Source: Podarcis cretensis (Eukaryota). From it: a stretch of DNA of 64,000 bases. Shown here piece by piece: positions 60,337 through 64,000 of this stretch. The notes under the pieces were generated by a model. It was not told the DNA's origin, did no database searches, and saw nothing but the letters and a program-made list of their open reading frames with translations. Made by a program: the position numbers and the translations under genes. Location of the stretch: NCBI GenBank assembly GCA_951804945.1, contig OX638150.1:76446001-76510000 (forward strand), written 5' to 3'. The stretch's first letter is position 1. Each line of letters begins with the position of its first letter.

Positions 60337-63300
60337 CTTGAAGGACACAACAAATTTCAAACATGCATCAATGACATGCAAAATGATCAAAATAATAATT
60401 ACATGCACTACCCACATATATGCACCTTCGGTACTGCCATACAACACTACAATTAGTACCTTGCAAAAATGAACATTGTTACAGTGCCAGATACCGTATT
60501 CGGAACTGATTAGTATTTAGCCTTTTGGCATTTTCTTCAGGAGGAAACCAACTGAGCATTTAGAATCATTAAGTGGTTATTATTACAAGCAAATGCAAAA
60601 TGTTTTGTCAGTCATACGGAAGTATATATCACATTGCGACATGCACATTCAAAAATTCATGGGACAGCAATGTAGCTTAACAGAAGATGTATGGATACCA
60701 GGCATTCAGGTTGTTTATGGCTTTTTCACTTACACAGGATGTTAACCACTTACACATATGGGAAATTAATTTAACAATACTGCATAGATTGAGCTGCTTC
60801 CCATCTCTCACCTTCATTAAGGCCAAAAGACTACTAAAACAGAAGGTATATTAGAGAGAGAGAGACCTTATCTTTCATGTGCCATGACAGAAAAAACTTC
60901 ATGGACGTTTTCATCAGGGAATATTCACTGCACAATCATCTTAAGTGCTCACATAGCTTATATATTGCTGCAAGTTACACTACTGGTAACTATAAAAAGC
61001 AATGTATTGCACAGTACAATTCTTCACCTTCAAGGCATGTTAATTTTAGCATACTATAGCAATGTAAACAAGGAATCATGTATTGTACTGAACAGAAGGC
61101 AAAATGGACAAGTCTCTTGACAGAAGAGAATCAAGGGCACAGGAAAAGAAAGTAAGGATTGCTGTGTTCGGGTGCCTTTAGAATAATCAAGGAGAGTTAA
61201 CCGGGGGGCGGGGTATATGTAGGGTCTTCAACATAGAAAATTGGGAAAGGGAAGAGATAGGAGGTAGAATAAGAGGTAATATGAGAGATAAATGTTGGTG
61301 GGTGGTTAATGAGGGAAATGTGGCGGTTGTCTTTGACTGGAAAAAATGGGGATTGTTGGGCGAGGGGGACAATGAAGGTGACTGAAAGAAGTATTCTGAG
61401 ATATTATGGAGAGAGAGGAAAAGAAGGATTGATGGAGAAGAGTTCCAAGAGATATGGGTCAGTGCCCTGTGTGGGTGGGTTGGTGGGTTTTGGGGGAGAA
61501 TAATGGAAAATCACTGAAGGTATTCTGAGAAAAATATGGCAGTTATGTCTGTGAGTTGCTTTGGGGGCTCTATATGAGGTCAAAGGTGGTGAAGAAATAC
61601 TTTTTCAAGCATCACTTGATTATTTGCAAGGCTGGAACCAATATTGTGGATAATTTCAGGTAATGATTTATACATATTCAGACCTACCTACTGAAGGAAA
61701 GTTAAGTTTGGAAGTAATAGCTCTAATTTTATGCCTGTGTAACCTTACCTAAGAAAATTTAACATAAAACTAGTAAAACGAACAAGAATAATATCAACCC
61801 AAGTGGAGATATGTCACAAAAATAGGTTTATGGAATGCTGCTGCCCTGTTATAGGAAAGAATGGGCATCTCCTTGAATCAACACCAGAGAGACAGATTTT
61901 CTTCTACAATGGTGCTGGCAATCCACCCAACAGCAAAGCGGAGATCTGGATTCTCAGTGAACCACTAAAAAATACATATTGCTTTCTAAAAACTTTGAAA
62001 TGGCTTAATATTCAATCTCTACACAACGTATGCAACAAAAACTGAACTGAAAAGGAATTTATTTATTTTTTTACAAATGGAGCTGAGATAAAATGCAACA
62101 TTTTTGGACTAGATTCTCAGCAGCCGTGACGAATCAAATTCACAGCAACAAATTAAAAACTAAGAACCAAGCTGTGTAAAATTTATTTATTTGGAAACAT
62201 TCTACTGTAAATTGAGATTCCGTGTTGAATGATCAGGTGAAAACAACACTGGCTGCCATTCAATCACAATGATACTAGTGACTATATTTAGCATTTATAT
62301 CACACACTTCAACTGTTCAAAGCATGTTGCAAACATTGTGCCAGTAATGTTTATAGCAGCCAAGTAAGTAGGATAGTATATGCAGAATGGGGCTGTGAGC
62401 AGAGGATGAGAAGGAGTGGCTTCCTTCTCCCATCCTTCCATGGTTGATGGGAGATTTGAACCGGGGACTTTGGCTCACAGCCAAAAGCTCACTAGACAAA
62501 ATGCTGCTCCAGCTCTTTCTTCAACTGATAAACTTCACTCAAGAAAACAAGAGGTGCAGTGAAACATGTTTAGCAAACTATTCATCATATCATGTAAATC
62601 AGTGGGACAACTTTCTATTAAAGACGAATAGTTCCCTGCCACTTATTCTCCTTTCCTTTGCAGTCTCCTTACCACTTCCCGGCCTGTTTCAGGGGGGTCC
62701 TTCAATCCCCTGGAACAGGTTTTTGCAGAGTGCAAGGGAAAGTGAAACCAAAATCTTACAGATCCCTGTTTCATGAGCAGAACGCCACTCTCAAACCTCT
62801 GAGTGCGTCCCAAAGCTGCCCCCCCCCTTTTGCTGCACTTACATTACATTGCCCTGCGGAAATGTTGCAATTATTCCCAGAGAATTACATTAGTTGCTGA
62901 TTTTTGAAGATATTCTTCAGACAAAATAAGTGTTTCAAGAAAAGCTGTTTATAAACAGATCTGGATCAAAGTGAGGTGTAAGTTAAGATCACGTGGTGAG
63001 AAAAACTGGATATAAAACGGAATATTGGGTTTTTTAATGAGATGGTGATACTAAAAGAAAAATAAATTTAATAGATTATATGCTAGGTCCTATTAACAGA
63101 CAATTCTGCCGCATTAAATATTATCAGAATAAAATGCCTTGCAATTTGTTTGCATGTAATGAAATGCAGGGTGCCTCAGAAAACACGTATTTAGATCCTG
63201 GTGAAGTTAATGTATTTATTTTCAAATACAGATTCAGAACATATGGAGACCTAAACTAAACCAAATCTACATACACCCTAATGCAAAATATTTATTCCTG

Positions 63301-64000
63301 TTCTTGTATCTGCTTTGCTCAGTTACAGAACTAGATAAGCTTGGATGCTTAATACTGATAGAGCCTTGACGGATTTGAATACACAAAACTAGGTTACATG
63401 GTTTGATAATCAAGTCCTATATGTAAAATTATCTAATAAAAACAGCTAGAATTTAAGATGGAAATGAAAGCTTCCCAGCTCCTCCTCAAGGCTATGCCTT
63501 AGGAAGAGGAGGAGGAGGGGAGACAGCATAAGCTTGACACTCATGCACAAAATACTAAACTGTGTGGTTCAGCATTATGCCTGAACAATATAATTGCTTT
63601 TGAAATATCACAGTTATGAAAGTGGATTGCAGTGTGGCATGGAAGGGCTTGCTGCTCAATTCACACAAACCCAAAATCCTGCAAAAGAAAAGAAAACCGC
63701 TTTGAGGTTTTCTACAATCAAGCGGTATATGCATTTTATGAAATAAATAAATGTTTTCCGATTCTCACTAAGCACTGCTTCCAAGAACCCTAGCCAGTTC
63801 AACTGATGGATAAAATCAGTTCTCAAGTTTACCCTCACGTTAAGGCATCATATTACATTTTCTCACAGTCGGAACATGTCTAATGTTACGGATGACGTGC
63901 CACCTGAGAAAACCATCCACTCTTTCCCAAGTGTCCAGATTCTGCAGCATTCAGAGGAAACAAAATAGAATTAACAGTACAAACCAGGAGCAAGTTTGCT

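Overview
Vertebrate genomic DNA, most likely from a squamate (lacertid-type lizard, inferred from several young Sauria/Squam1 SINEs). It carries the conserved block STAB1-NT5DC2-SMIM4(UQCC5)-PBRM1. Present are the last 12 coding exons of STAB1 (+, 272-10486), the complete 14-exon NT5DC2 CDS (-, 43725-14856, 591 aa), SMIM4/UQCC5 (+, 69 aa, head-to-head with NT5DC2 across a CpG island) and the last 4 coding exons of PBRM1 (-, 60336-55873). Repeats include five Sauria SINEs, two Penelope-type palindromic insertions (one with an intact minimal hammerhead ribozyme core), a 1.8-kb TSD-flanked ORF1-only (HAL1-like) retroposon, TA-flanked MITEs, a tRNA-Ile/CR1-type SINE and a BovB 3' fragment. The most striking unexplained signal is a dense array of about 14 candidate micro/mini-exons (3-106 nt) in NT5DC2 intron 5. 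Many have UGC motifs just before the acceptor and TGCATG motifs nearby, and they can be chained into one open frame adding about 111 aa. All coordinates and translations were read by eye and no database searches were run.
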